A DNA stretch of 64,000 bases from Takakia lepidozioides (taxonomy: Eukaryota > Plantae > Bryophyta), in assembly GCA_030704615.1 (NCBI GenBank), contig CM060734.1, forward strand, positions 47,368,001 through 47,432,000. The letters are read 5' to 3'. The position numbers were made by a program, and so were the translations under genes. Numbering within the stretch: the first letter of the stretch is position 1; each line of letters starts with the position of its first letter. Below are positions 38,249-49,703 of the stretch, piece after piece. The notes under the pieces are model-generated. The model was not told the DNA's origin, made no database searches, and saw only the letters and a list, made by a program, of their open reading frames with translations.

Positions 38249-40620
38249 TCAAGTTTCTCGAGTTCTCTCCTCATCTTGATAACCGGATGCCCGCCCTTTT
38301 CTACCCACAACAGCACCATAACTGGCTGGCACAGTTGGCTCATCAGACTCCTGCTCTGAAGGGACCTTTACTGCCTGTGAGTTAGGTAACTCCAAGCCTT
38401 GATAACTTCGCAATGCTAAGTACTCAGCACTTGATTTTACACCCTGATTGACACGTCCAGAACTTACAACAGCCAATGCAGACCCCGAATGCACTTTAAG
38501 AGCTCGTTCTGCAGTGCCAGACAATAACATTGCTGTAGAGTCCTCCTCTGTGCCACCACCTGCTGTGGGTTCCATTGATAAGGCAATCCTTCAGTACCAT
38601 CACATCTAACGACTGTGCTGACATTTTTGTGGGAAAGGTCATGTATACACCTACATGTAGTGTCTTGTGCAGCATGCATTATATGCACACCAGTGCTGAC
38701 TTCCACCATCCAATCAGAAATGACATAATTACAATAAACTCAGAAGTCATATGGGATCTATACACGCACCTGGAAGTGGCCTGTTGAACTCATTTGCAGT
38801 GAACTCCGGCAGCTTCCCAAACTCCAGGCAAAAGGCTCCAGTCCATTGCCTGCCTTCTACAAAAGCCATTTCTGCCTCGAAGGGTGTGATGAGGGGTGCA
38901 AAATATTCTTTGCTGTCCAAAAGTGCAGTTTGTGCACACGCAACCAGCACAAACACATCACACTCTGGAAAGTTTGCCAATTTTGCTGGATTGGGTTTCC
39001 CCATAACCATTGTATATGCCTTCTTGCCTGCAATAAGATTAATTCTGTAAGTAATTAACAGATAAACTCTATTAAACATGAAACTGTTCGAGTGACATTC
39101 CAAATACCCAAACAAGTAAGTTTCTACACCTGGGCCGCCTCTGTAACTTTGGGGAGCAGGGCAACTGGCAGTCTCTTCCCCATTTTTGCTAGGAATCACG
39201 GGCTTCAAAATGTGGCCATTCAAAAGACTCCCATCGGCGCTGACAGTACGTTGCTATCTATAACTGGCACTGAGTTGCAACTGTGCATGCAGAGAAAGTG
39301 ACAGGACTGTACTCTGCTGAAATGATATCATTTCACTGGGCTGTCATGCATTTTGGTGCAGCTAGCAGGTCACTTTCAGCCAGATATATTACACTGAAAC
39401 AGTTCATAGTTTGCTCTCAAGTCAGGTACTGGGGATACAAGAAATCACTTGCCTGCTGTCTCCACAATGTTTCGCACACGCTGGATTGCTTCACCATAGC
39501 CAGCAACACCCAGAGTACCAACCACAATACCCACCATGTTGGCATCTTTGGCCCGCTCAACAAGGTAATATCTGCGCATCAAATCTCTGCTGCTACTGGC
39601 CAAGTCAGCTACCAACAAGTTCCTCTTGGGGTCATATCTTGCAACCTCACTAGTATTGTATGTGAGCATCACATTTGTCAGTGCGGGGCCTTCTTCTCCA
39701 ATCCAAAGTATCGCATAATCTTCCATCTTATGGTGCCCTGGAAAACACCATCTCATTCCTCCTAGACTGTGTTTGGAACTCGCCCCTTCTTGAGCACTCG
39801 TTACTCTCTTTCTCGCCTCTTCTGCAAGAGAAAGATCGTGATCACAGACGCAGTTGGAGGGTCGTAATTGACATCTCGAATCAGAGCTCTTTTGTTGCAC
39901 GTGTTGAACTTCAGCTATTGAAAAATCGCGTGACAGATCCGGAGTTGGGCCAGTAATATTGCCTCTCACGTTTTCGTCTTCACCAGACTTGTGACTCATT
40001 TGGCACCCTGAACACCCAGCCATGTCTAGTCGTGTACACTCCCCAGCAATTCCCACTTTTGTTCCTCCTTGCTCACTGATATATCTGAAGGATACAGAGG
40101 GCTCCATCTCATGGCACGGAACGTCTGCAAACACAACCTGTCCACTTTCTTCCACTTGAGCTCCGAGACTCTGTGTCACCTCCTGTTCGATGTCGTGAAG
40201 CGCATGGGCATATTCCAACCCAAAAAGAACTAGAATAGGCTTCTTCTTGAGGGACCGAATTTCCAAAATCTGCATTGCACAATTCGCTACGCCGACGCTC
40301 GCCTTTCCAAACACGAACAAAACTGGTAATCTCGAAGTCTGGCTCAGGCAAGCATGACCATAGTGCACCACGCACTGCGCATCCACATGGGCAGCTGCCA
40401 CTTCGTCAACACAGCAGCTTCCATAGCTAGTGTCTGCCATCACATACAGCTGCAACCCATCCCCCCTCTCACCCACGGCAACCCGCAGTGCCGCTGTCAC
40501 AGCCACGCTATGCTCTAGCAGATCGTCAGGGAACTGCAAAGCAACCCTGCAGAAGCCACGGCCAACTATATACTCCGCAGTAGCACGAATGTCATACTGC
40601 TCCATAAGATCTACTGCCAT
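38249..40620 (-). CDS. DPH2: 2-(3-amino-3-carboxypropyl)histidine synthase subunit 2 (diphthamide biosynthesis protein 2)
   Basis: Exons 40620-39453, 39027-38770 and 38562 (or 38559)-38249. Motifs VALQFPD, ADTSYGSCCVDEV, VHYGHACLS, GIVVGTLG, GKPNPAKLANFPECDVFV, ITPFEA, RSYQGL and GRKGRASGY. Confidence 0.93.
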
Positions 40621-40826
40621 GGCAGCCCTTGTGCATCCAACACTGCCTCTCAACGTCAATCTTCCATCTCCGCGTGCAGCTCAAACTCCCAAGAAAAGGA
40701 ACAGCAAGAAGAAGACCAAGAGAGCTCTTCCATGCAGGGATTGAGTCACAGCAGCATCGGTTGCCCTGGCAAAGCATCTGAGAGCAGTCACACAAAAATC
40801 ACAAACCTCACCCCACACCATCGCCC

Positions 40827-40920
40827 AACCCTAACCCTAGCGCCTAACCTTAACCCTCATTCCGTTCTCCGTCCTCTTTTTTTCCCATTTCATTTCCAAG
40901 GAAAAGAAAAGCTTAGCCCA
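40827..40920. promoter_or_regulatory. Telo-box-like repeats and a site II motif upstream of DPH2
   Basis: AACCCTAACCCTAG at 40827-40840 and AGCCCA at 40915-40920, 200-300 bp upstream of the ATG. This pairing is typical of plant translation-related promoters. Confidence 0.4.
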
Positions 40921-41059
40921 CTGAGATTCAACATTAAAAGGGGAAAAAATAACAGGCCACTTGGGGGCTTACATGTATATATGACGCCAACCGGAGCTAG
41001 TGTAACTAAGAGCCTCTTCCCCATGCGGGTAGTGCCCCTTTTCAGGGGTGATCGTAACC

Positions 41060-41381
41060 AAGACGGTGTCATTGTGGCTAGCTGGTCACTTTCAATCTTG
41101 CGTTTGCTGACAGTAAATGATGTGAGCAAAGTGATTGTTGTAAAGTGCATGGTGCATAGAAGGGGGGTGGTGTGTTTTGGGGGTAATTTGAGGTTCTCTT
41201 TAAGGATTTGGACGTTGTGGCTTTGTGCGGCTCCTCTTACACCTGCTGTAATAATGGTCAGGGGAGCCGTGTTCCATCCGTGTTGGTGAATGGCATGTAT
41301 CGGGTGTTCATATTTGTCACGTTTATAGTGAATGGACTGATGCGGATATCTATCATGACAGAATGTGAATTCTATAATATG
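41060..41381 (-). mobile_element. Non-LTR retrotransposon remnant, 3' part of a restriction-like endonuclease (RLE) domain
   Basis: HIIEFTFCHD...KRDKY...GW...IITAGVRG; joins in frame with the 60598+ piece when element Y is removed. Confidence 0.75.
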
Positions 41382-41860
41382 TGCCACAGACATAGCCCAG
41401 AGGAACTTATCAGGAGTAAATACCAGAAATTATCAAATTACCATGTTACCAAAAGTTACCATGACTTACCGTGATTTACCATGATCTACCATGATTTACC
41501 ATTACTTACCAAGTTATCGGGAGTTTACCAAATTACCAAGAGTAACTTGGGAAACTATTCAGGAAGCTTCTTTTGGAGGAAACTTCTCAATCAAGATACC
41601 TCATTTGTTTAAAGAAACTTCTCCAACAAGAAACCTCCATAGGGGAAGCTTCTTGGGGAAGCTTCTTAGTAGCCAGTATATATAGGAGACGAGATTAGAC
41701 ACTCTTCAGTCTCGCCAACACAAGTTCAAGCTACTCTTGTTCCAAGTCCAGTACTTCAGTCCAGCTTCCAGTATCCAGTCCAGTTTCCAGTATCTGGTAT
41801 TCCAGTCCAGTTTCTAGCATTGCAGTATCCGAGTCGAGTTCCAGTATTTTGTACTCTTGT
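41382..41860 (+). repeat. Element Y 5' LTR, left part (continues at 55120-55252)
   Basis: 41416-41860 aligns with 60011-60463; TATATATA at 41677-41684. Confidence 0.85.
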
Positions 41861-42586
41861 TGTCGCGGCCCTTCGCCTTGAGGGCAGGGGGGTCGGGACA
41901 CGAGAGGGGCTGCCCTTGTGGTGGGGGCAGTGGCGACAATAGATACGGGGGCTAAAGCACCTTTGAGTACCCAAGGCACTCAAGGAGGCGGAGGCGCTCA
42001 CTAGGTGGAGCCCCGCACACCGGATTGCGGTGGGGGTGGTTCCACGAGGGGTGGTGATAGCTTAGTGGGACTTAGTGGGGGTGGCATAGGAATCATCATG
42101 GGGGCGAAGACCTTGTGGTGGGAGTCGTGGGGAGTCTTGGGACTCATCACGGTCCAATGGGACCATGGTGAGTGGGCCAAGACTCACCGCGACTCATCAT
42201 CGGGAATCGAGGGTTTTCGTGGTGGTTCGCCAAAAAATGGCATGGTTGTTTGTGAAACCCCCGCGGACAGTCACAGAAGTATATATAGGGAGTAATAACC
42301 CCGAGAACGGTGCAAGCCCGTTGGTGACCAAAAACTAGTGAATAAGCATGCGAGCCGGAAAGCGACCAAGGTGTGGGGAGCTATTCCGGACTGCCATCGA
42401 CCAAAGGGAATTTCCACTAGGCCCAAATTGGGAGAGGGTCTTGTGGAGGAGTAAAGGGGGACCGTTATGCCCCGGTGAGCAGCCGAAGCTCCGAGTTGGC
42501 CCGGCGGCCAGTTTGGGAGTTAGGCGTGCGCATCGAGTGAGTAACTATGACTTGAAGGGGAGCTTACCGAAGGGAGGTGCGCGACA
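41861..42586 (+). repeat. Element Z 5' LTR
   Basis: Direct repeat of 54389-55114, about 30 mismatches by eye. Confidence 0.95.
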
Positions 42587-42588
42587 CT

Positions 42589-42600
42589 TGGTATCAGAGC
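42589..42600 (+). promoter_or_regulatory. Primer-binding site for tRNA-iMet (element Z)
   Basis: TGGTATCAGAGC, 2 nt after the LTR end. Confidence 0.92.
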
Positions 42601-42669
42601 TTAGAGTTCAGTGCACAATCTCATCATGGGGGCGACGTGTCACCGAAGCGGCCATTTGAGGAAGCGATG

Positions 42670-45600
42670 CATGCCTTCGGAAGCGAGGCCGCTCAAGAAC
42701 GGGAGGAATCTGAGGAGTCGGAGCCCGAGGAATCCCTGAGAGCTCCGACAGACCAACAAATGCCTCCCATGCCAGCAGCCTTTTGGGAAGGGTTGTTGGC
42801 GCAGTTTGGTGGGACATTGAAAGACGTGTTGAAGGTGGCTAATGCCACTTCCACTAAGGCAAAGTTTAAGGTGAAGCCTAAGGAACCCGGCACCTTCGAG
42901 GGCATCCGAAATTGGAAGGCACTCAACACCTGGCTCTTGGAGCTAGAGCAGTACTTCCCGGCGGCCAAGTTGAGTGACGAGGATCGGGTGGAAGTGGCTC
43001 CCACCTATTTGAGGGGCTATGCTCAACAATGGTGGCAGAAACACCTTCACGACCGAGGTCCAAACCCGGAGACCTTGAACTGGAGTGGGTTCAAGGAACT
43101 CATGAAGAGACAGTTTGTGCCCATCAACGCATCTTGGCTCGCCCGGGACAAGATGAGGAATTTGAAGCAAACGGATGACATTCGGGGATATGTTCAGGCT
43201 TTCAATGTGCTGTTGCTCGAAGTCGCGGACATGGCAGAACCAGAAATGGTCTTCAACTTTGTGGCGGGACTGGCCCCATGGGCCAGACGGAAGTTGGAGG
43301 AGAAGCCACCTAAGACTTTGAACGAGGCAATTGAAAGGGCTGAATGTTTCTCGGATGTCCCTAGGGGCGAAGACAAGGCCGTACGGAGCTGAACAACAAG
43401 AAGGTCCAGCGAGAAGGTGACTCCTTCCGACCGGAAAAAAAGTGGGATAGGCCACGCGGTGACAATGGCACATGGAAATCGAAGGGAGGGCCCTCACACG
43501 TCAAAACGACACCCGGTGCCCCGAAAGAAAAACCAGGTGTGGCGGCTTATGGCGGATAGAAGGCGACCTTCGATGGAGTGTGCTTTAATTGCGGGGAACC
43601 CGGGCACATGGCAAAGAAGTGCGCGAAACCCCGACAATTGAACATGACTCGGGCAACCACGGAGTTGTCCGAGGATTCCATTAGCCGCTTGGTGGAGGCA
43701 GTGGTTGCCAAGACTTGCAAGGTAGGCAACTACTCTTGTGAGTTGTATCAGGATACTGGCGCCCTGCGTAAAGAGAGTCAGTTATTGTTCGTGAGTGGGA
43801 TAATTTCCGGAACTAACGTGTCATTGTTGGTGGACACAGGAGCGTCGCACTCCATCATGACACCGGCAACGGCACGGAAGCTGGGACTCCCAACAAGTGA
43901 TGTGGGGGCTTCTATTGAGGTGCATTTTGCTAAAGGAGAACCACAATTGGCGACGAGGTTGGCGTTCGATGTTCCTCTTTAGCTCGGGAGTTGGGACAGA
44001 CGTGAGAACTTCACCATTTGCGAGATCGATGGAGTGGATCTCATTTTAGGGATGACTTTTTTGAGCAAATCAGAAGCGGTCATAGATGGCCGCAAGAGAA
44101 CAGTCACGCTACCGTGTGGGAATGGTAGCGAAGTTTTACGAGTTTTGGAGGCGCCCAACCCAGTGGGAGGACGAATAAATGTACTATCAGCAAAGGAGTG
44201 GGCCGTGGAGGAGCCACACGAGCCCCAATTTTTGCTTTACGTAAGACAAGTGAATGGAAAAGGCGATGGGGAGTCGAGCCCAGATTGGATCAAGGGGATT
44301 TTGGAGAAATATCAGGATGTGATGCCGGAGGATTTACCAAGCGGCTTGCCACCGCGAAGGGGAGTTGACCACAAGATTGAGGTGATACCGGGATCGGAGC
44401 CGCCTGCCAAGGCACCCTACCGGTTGAGCCACAGAGAGTTGGTCGAACTGAAGACTCAGCTTAAGGATCTAATGTCAAAGGAGTACATCCGGTCGAATAA
44501 GTCACCTTACGGAGCCACGGTGCTATTCGCAGACAAAAGGATGGGACGCTGCGGATGTGTGTCGATTACAGGGCTCTGAATAAGGTGACTATCAAAAATT
44601 GATATCTTTTGCCAAGGATCGATGACCTCTTCGATCGGTTGGCAGGAGCGAAGTATTTCAGTCGGATCGATTTGCGCTCCGGATATCATCAAATTCGAGT
44701 GGCGGAAGGAGATGAGGAAAAAGACCGCGTGCAGGACAAGGTATGGTTCCTATGAGTTCTTGGTGATGCCTTTTGGGCTCACCAATGCACCCACAACCTT
44801 TAGCACGCTAATGAACAGCCTTTTCTAGGAGTGGTTGGACGACTTTGTGATCGTGTACATCGACGACATCTTGGTGTACTCGAAAACAAAGGAAGAGCAC
44901 CTGGAGCACCTCAAAAGGGTGTTCCAGAAATTACGGGAAAGGAAGCTGTATGCCAAAGCTTCAAAGTGCGAATTCGGGGTCACAAAAGTGGAGTTCTTGG
45001 GGCATGTGATTACACATGATGGGATCAAAATGGATGACAAAAAGGTGAGAGCAATCTTGGACTGGGAGCCTCCGACTTCGGTCCCAGGAGTGCGATCCTT
45101 CTTATGACTCACCTCCTATTACCGAAAGTATGTGAGAAATTTTGCCGACATCGCGGGGCCGTTGTCAGACCTCCTGTGTAAATCCAAAGTCTGGGTATGG
45201 AACATCTTTTGTGGCCAAGCTTTTGCCGAGTTGAAGCAGCGGATGGCGGAAGCTCCTGTCCTGAAAATCCTGGAGTTCGACCGCCCATTTGAGATTCATA
45301 CGGATGCGTCGGACTTCGCGATTGGAGGTGTACTCATACAGGATGGACGTCCAGTGGCTTACGAAAGTAAGAAACTGAATGAAGTGGAGCGGCGGTGCCC
45401 AACGCACGAGAAAGAAATGAAGGCGGTGGTGCATTGTCTTGAGTTTTGGCGCCACTATATTGGTTCCAACCCGGTGAAGGTGTTCACGGACAATGTCACG
45501 GTGAAGTATTTTGCCACGCAGCCTAAGTTGTCCCCAAAACAAATTAGGTGGCAAGACACTTTGGCACTGTTCGACGTGGATATCCAGTACAAACCGGGAT

Positions 45601-46977
45601 GGGACAATGTGGTGGCCGATGCTTTAAGTAGAAAGTAGCAGCTCATGATGGTGTACGGGGGCGAGACGGCGCTCCAAAGGAAGATCCGGAAGGCTTACCA
45701 GAAGGATGAAATGGCGAAGTCCGTGATGTGGGACTTGAGGATGGGGGTTAAATCGCAGTTCCACTTGCAAAATGGACTGCTCCGATACAAGCAAAAGCAT
45801 CTTTACGTGCCAAAGGGAGGGATCAGAGATAGTCTCTTAAGAGAATGCCATGATGGCCCGCTTGCGGGCCACGGCGGAGCCAAGCGCACCGCGACACTCT
45901 TGAAGAAAGAGTATTTCTGGCCCAAACTGAGGGAGGAGGCCGAGGAGTATGTCAAGACATGCACCACATGCCAACAAAACCGGAGCGAGTACAAAAAGCA
46001 AGCGGGGCTGTTACAACCCTTGCGGATTCCAGAGGGGTCTTGGGAAAGTGTCTTGATGGATTTCATGACTGCTATGCCGTTATCAAAAGGATTCGATGCA
46101 ATCATGGTGGTAGTGGATAGGTTCAGTAAAATGGGCCATTTCATCCCCACCAAGGAGACGGCAACGGTGCAGGAAACGGGGCGACTTTACTTCGCCCACG
46201 TCTTCAAGCATCATGGACTCCCGAAGGATATTGTCTCAGACCGCAATCCAAAGTTCACAAGTAAGTTTTGGAGGGCACTTTGGAAGAAAATGGGGACGAG
46301 GCTCAAAATGAGCATTGCCTTCCGACCTACGACGGACGGCCAAACGGAAAGGGTGAATTCCGTGGTGAAGCAGATCTTGCGGAATTACGTGTCGGCTGAC
46401 CAATCGGACTGGGTGGAGCACTTGGATGCGGCAGAGTTATGTTATAATAACACAAAACATTCCGCAACGGGAGTTTCCCCTTTCGTATTGGTCTATGGAA
46501 AAGCACCTCTGGTGCCGACAAGTTGGGCCGCCCAACCGGCAGCAGCGACAGTGCTGGAAGAACGCGAGCGTTTGTTGAAGCTCGCAAAGTACAACATTGC
46601 CAAAGCTAGGAAACGGTATGAACGGCAGGCGAATCGGAAGCGGAGGGAGGTTAAGTTTGAGGCAGGCACGGAGGTCTGGTTGAACATCAAAAAATTTCGA
46701 CTACCTTCGGAAGTGAGTCCGAAGTTCGTACCTCCGTATGCGGGACCCTTTCGCATCCGGAAGGTTATGAATGAGGATGTATATGAATTGGAGCTGCCGG
46801 CAAATAGCAAGGTGCATCTGGTATTCCACGTCTCCCTTTTGAAGCCTTATTTCAAAGATGAAGCGCGTCCGAATCGGCCTCAAGTGTTGTGTCCGCCACC
46901 TGTGCTGTTGGATCATGAAAATGAACCTGAGTATGAGGTGGAGGCAGTGCTTAAGTCGAGGAGGTTCAAGAATCGAG
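42670..46977 (+). pseudogene. Element Z gag-pol (gag, CCHC, PR, RT, RH, INT, truncated chromodomain), disrupted
   Basis: ORFs 42577-43392, 43578-43982 (CFNCGEPGHMAKKC, LVDTGASH), 44835-45107 (YIDD), 45132-45638 (TDASD) and 45645-47021 (HHCC, DDE core, GPF, EYEVEAVL). Confidence 0.92.
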
Positions 46978-48279
46978 TGTCAAGTTATTTTACCACTAGT
47001 GTGAAACTAGCTAGAAAATAGCTAGCTTTTACATATTGACATTTGGGATTGGCCCAAGTTTTCAGATGAGAAGCAACTCAGCTTAGAGTGCAGGGATCAG
47101 TGCATGAGCCTATCCAAAGCGGATAGGGTACGATGGCGAACAGGTTTCAGGTTTGCAATGGATATAGAGGCGGCAGCCTGTGTTGAAGAGCGGTGTTGCA
47201 TAGCTCGACGCTATGGCAGCCAAGTGTGGTGAGTGTGGAGCTGCGAGGGTGTTAGATGCAAGTCACAGTTATCGGGAGCTCCAACTTCAAGCTCATAAGG
47301 AGGTATGAGTGAAGAGAGATGGCTGATTTCTCTTGTATGCAAGCCAATGCATTTGTGGCTATGTTGAGTTGGGGGTTTCAATCTGAAACTCCAGCGGTAA
47401 GAGGGCTCTTGTCATGGCAAGAGCAGGGCTGGAACAGGAGCTAAGAGGTGCGGCAAGGCCATGGAATCTGCACCTAAGGTTTCAGAGCTTGGAAGAAGAG
47501 CTCTTGCACCACAAGAGGAGTGTCTTGTGGCTGGAAATGTAAGCCTTAGGGTTTCTGGAGCTTGGTAAAGGCTGTGGAGTGCTTAGTCTTGTCTTAGAGA
47601 GCATCAAGGAGCCAAGATAGGGGGCTAATACCTCTTGTGTGAAGAGGTTGCATGTGTGGAGCATGTATTCAGCTCATTGAAGCTTCCATCTTCAAGCTTG
47701 GAGGGCAAGCAAGGAAGAGGGAAGGGCTGACTTCCCTTATGTGAGGGCAATGCATGTGTGGAGCATGCTTTCAGCCTGTTTGAAGGCTTGTACTTTCAGG
47801 TTTGGGAGTGCAAGAAGAGAAGGTAAGGGGCTGATCTACTCTTGTGATGTCAGTCCGACACTTGTAGAGCGTGTTCTGAGTTGGGGTTTCGAACTCAAGC
47901 CTAGATAGAGCATGGCTCTTGAAGTGGCAGGTGTAGGGGGCTGGAATAGGCTCTAAGACAGATGCTATGGCCAAAGAAAACGCTTGAATGAGTGCTCACA
48001 AGGGCTGGAAACCAGCAAGGCTTGGTTATTTGCCATTGAGTTTAGTGGCGTGTTTGGGGAGTCTAAGTGAGAAAGAAGGCTTGGTTTGTGGCAACCATCT
48101 TCCTCATGGCTTAGGGCTACTATTGGTGGTGTGTGGGAGCCGAAAGAGCAAGAATACCTTGCTGATTTCTTCACAGCCGCCATAGCTAGGTACAAAGAAG
48201 CCTAGAGTCCAAGAGACACAAACCCTAGCTTGGCGTGGCTAAACCCCTTGGAGAAATGGCTAAACTGTCATGAGTGGCC

Positions 48280-48945
48280 ATGGATGGGGCTGTGACGAGC
48301 TGTGACAGGCTGTGATGGGCTGTGACAGTGTGGCGAGCTGTGACAGGCTATGGCGGGCTGTGACAGGCTATGCCCTGTGGCCTGTGGGGCTGTGACACGC
48401 TGTGAGGGGCTGTGAGGGGCTGTGACAGGTTGTGCCATATGGCCTGTGGGGCTGTGACACGTTCTGATGGGCCGTGAGGGGCTATGACAGGCTATGCCCT
48501 AGCTTGGCGTGGCTAAACCCCTTGGAGAAATGGCTAAACTGTTATGAGTGGCCATGGATGGGGCTGTGACGGGCTGTGCCTTGTGGCCGGTGGGGCTGTG
48601 GCGAGCTGTGACAGGCTATGCCATGTGGCCTGTGGGGCTGTGACGGGCTGTCTGGGGCTGTGACAGGCTGTGACGGGCTGTGCCCTGTGGCCTATGGGGC
48701 TGTGAGGGGCTGTGACAGGCTATGGCCTTTGGGGCTGTGTCCCTGTGACCTTTGTAGGGCTGTGACAGGCTGTGCCTGTGGCCTTTGGGGTTGTGACCTG
48801 TGGCCGTGGGGGGCTGTGACAGGCTGTGACATGTGGCTTTGGGGCTGTGACGGGCTGTGACAGGGTTGCGGCCTGTGGGGCTATGACCCTGTGACCTGTG
48901 TAGGGCTGTGACAGGCTGTGGCCTGTGTGGGGCTGTGACGGCTTT
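48280..48945 (+). repeat. Expanded 10-bp GGCTGTGAC minisatellite with an internal duplication
   Basis: Same unit as 5598-5925; block 48224-48297 is repeated at 48498-48571. Confidence 0.9.
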
Positions 48946-49703
48946 GACCAGTGATCTGTGTGGGCCTGTGCTGGTCTGTGGTGGCCCATGTGGACGACCT
49001 GTGCTGACTCGTGGAGGCACTGGTGGACTGCCTAAAGACTGGCATGTGGTCTTGAAGGCCAAATTTTGAAGCTCGTGCAGGGCGGTTCGAGTAGTATCTT
49101 CATGATATTCCCATGGTCATGCAAGTGAGAGAAGAGAGAAGAGGAAGAGTGTTGGGATGAGGGTATGCTAGGGTTAGGCATTGCTTTAGTTTCTCTTCCT
49201 TGTAGTTTCCACCCTCTCATTAGGCCAAGACCTTTCCGTAGGTGGAGGCAAGAGTCAGTCTGGGTTTGGGCTGGGGTGTCCTTGCAGGAGCAACACTGTG
49301 GAGTTGTTTTTGGTATGGGGGAGTTGTCGTTCTGATTTCTTGTGTTTGGATCCCCTCCATACCTGCATGCTTGACTGTGCGCCATGTTAGTTTTGTGTGG
49401 GCGCTTGTTTTTATAGGTGATTGGTCCGGATTTGATCACCAGCCAGTCCTAGAGCATGCTGTCGATGGTGAGGCTGGGGTGATGACCAGTCAAACCATCA
49501 TTGTTTCTCATGTGGTGAGGTTGGAGGTGATGACCAGCCAACCATAGGAGTGCTTGCGGTGGATGCAGGTACAGGTGTAGGCTATGTTAGGAACCTAGTA
49601 TTCCAAACCATAAGCCGCAATAGGTTCTTTATCTGGTTACCTTGTGGAGAGGGGGTTAGGGACATGTTCATGACCGGTTGAGTGTCAGTTTGTCAACACG
49701 GAG

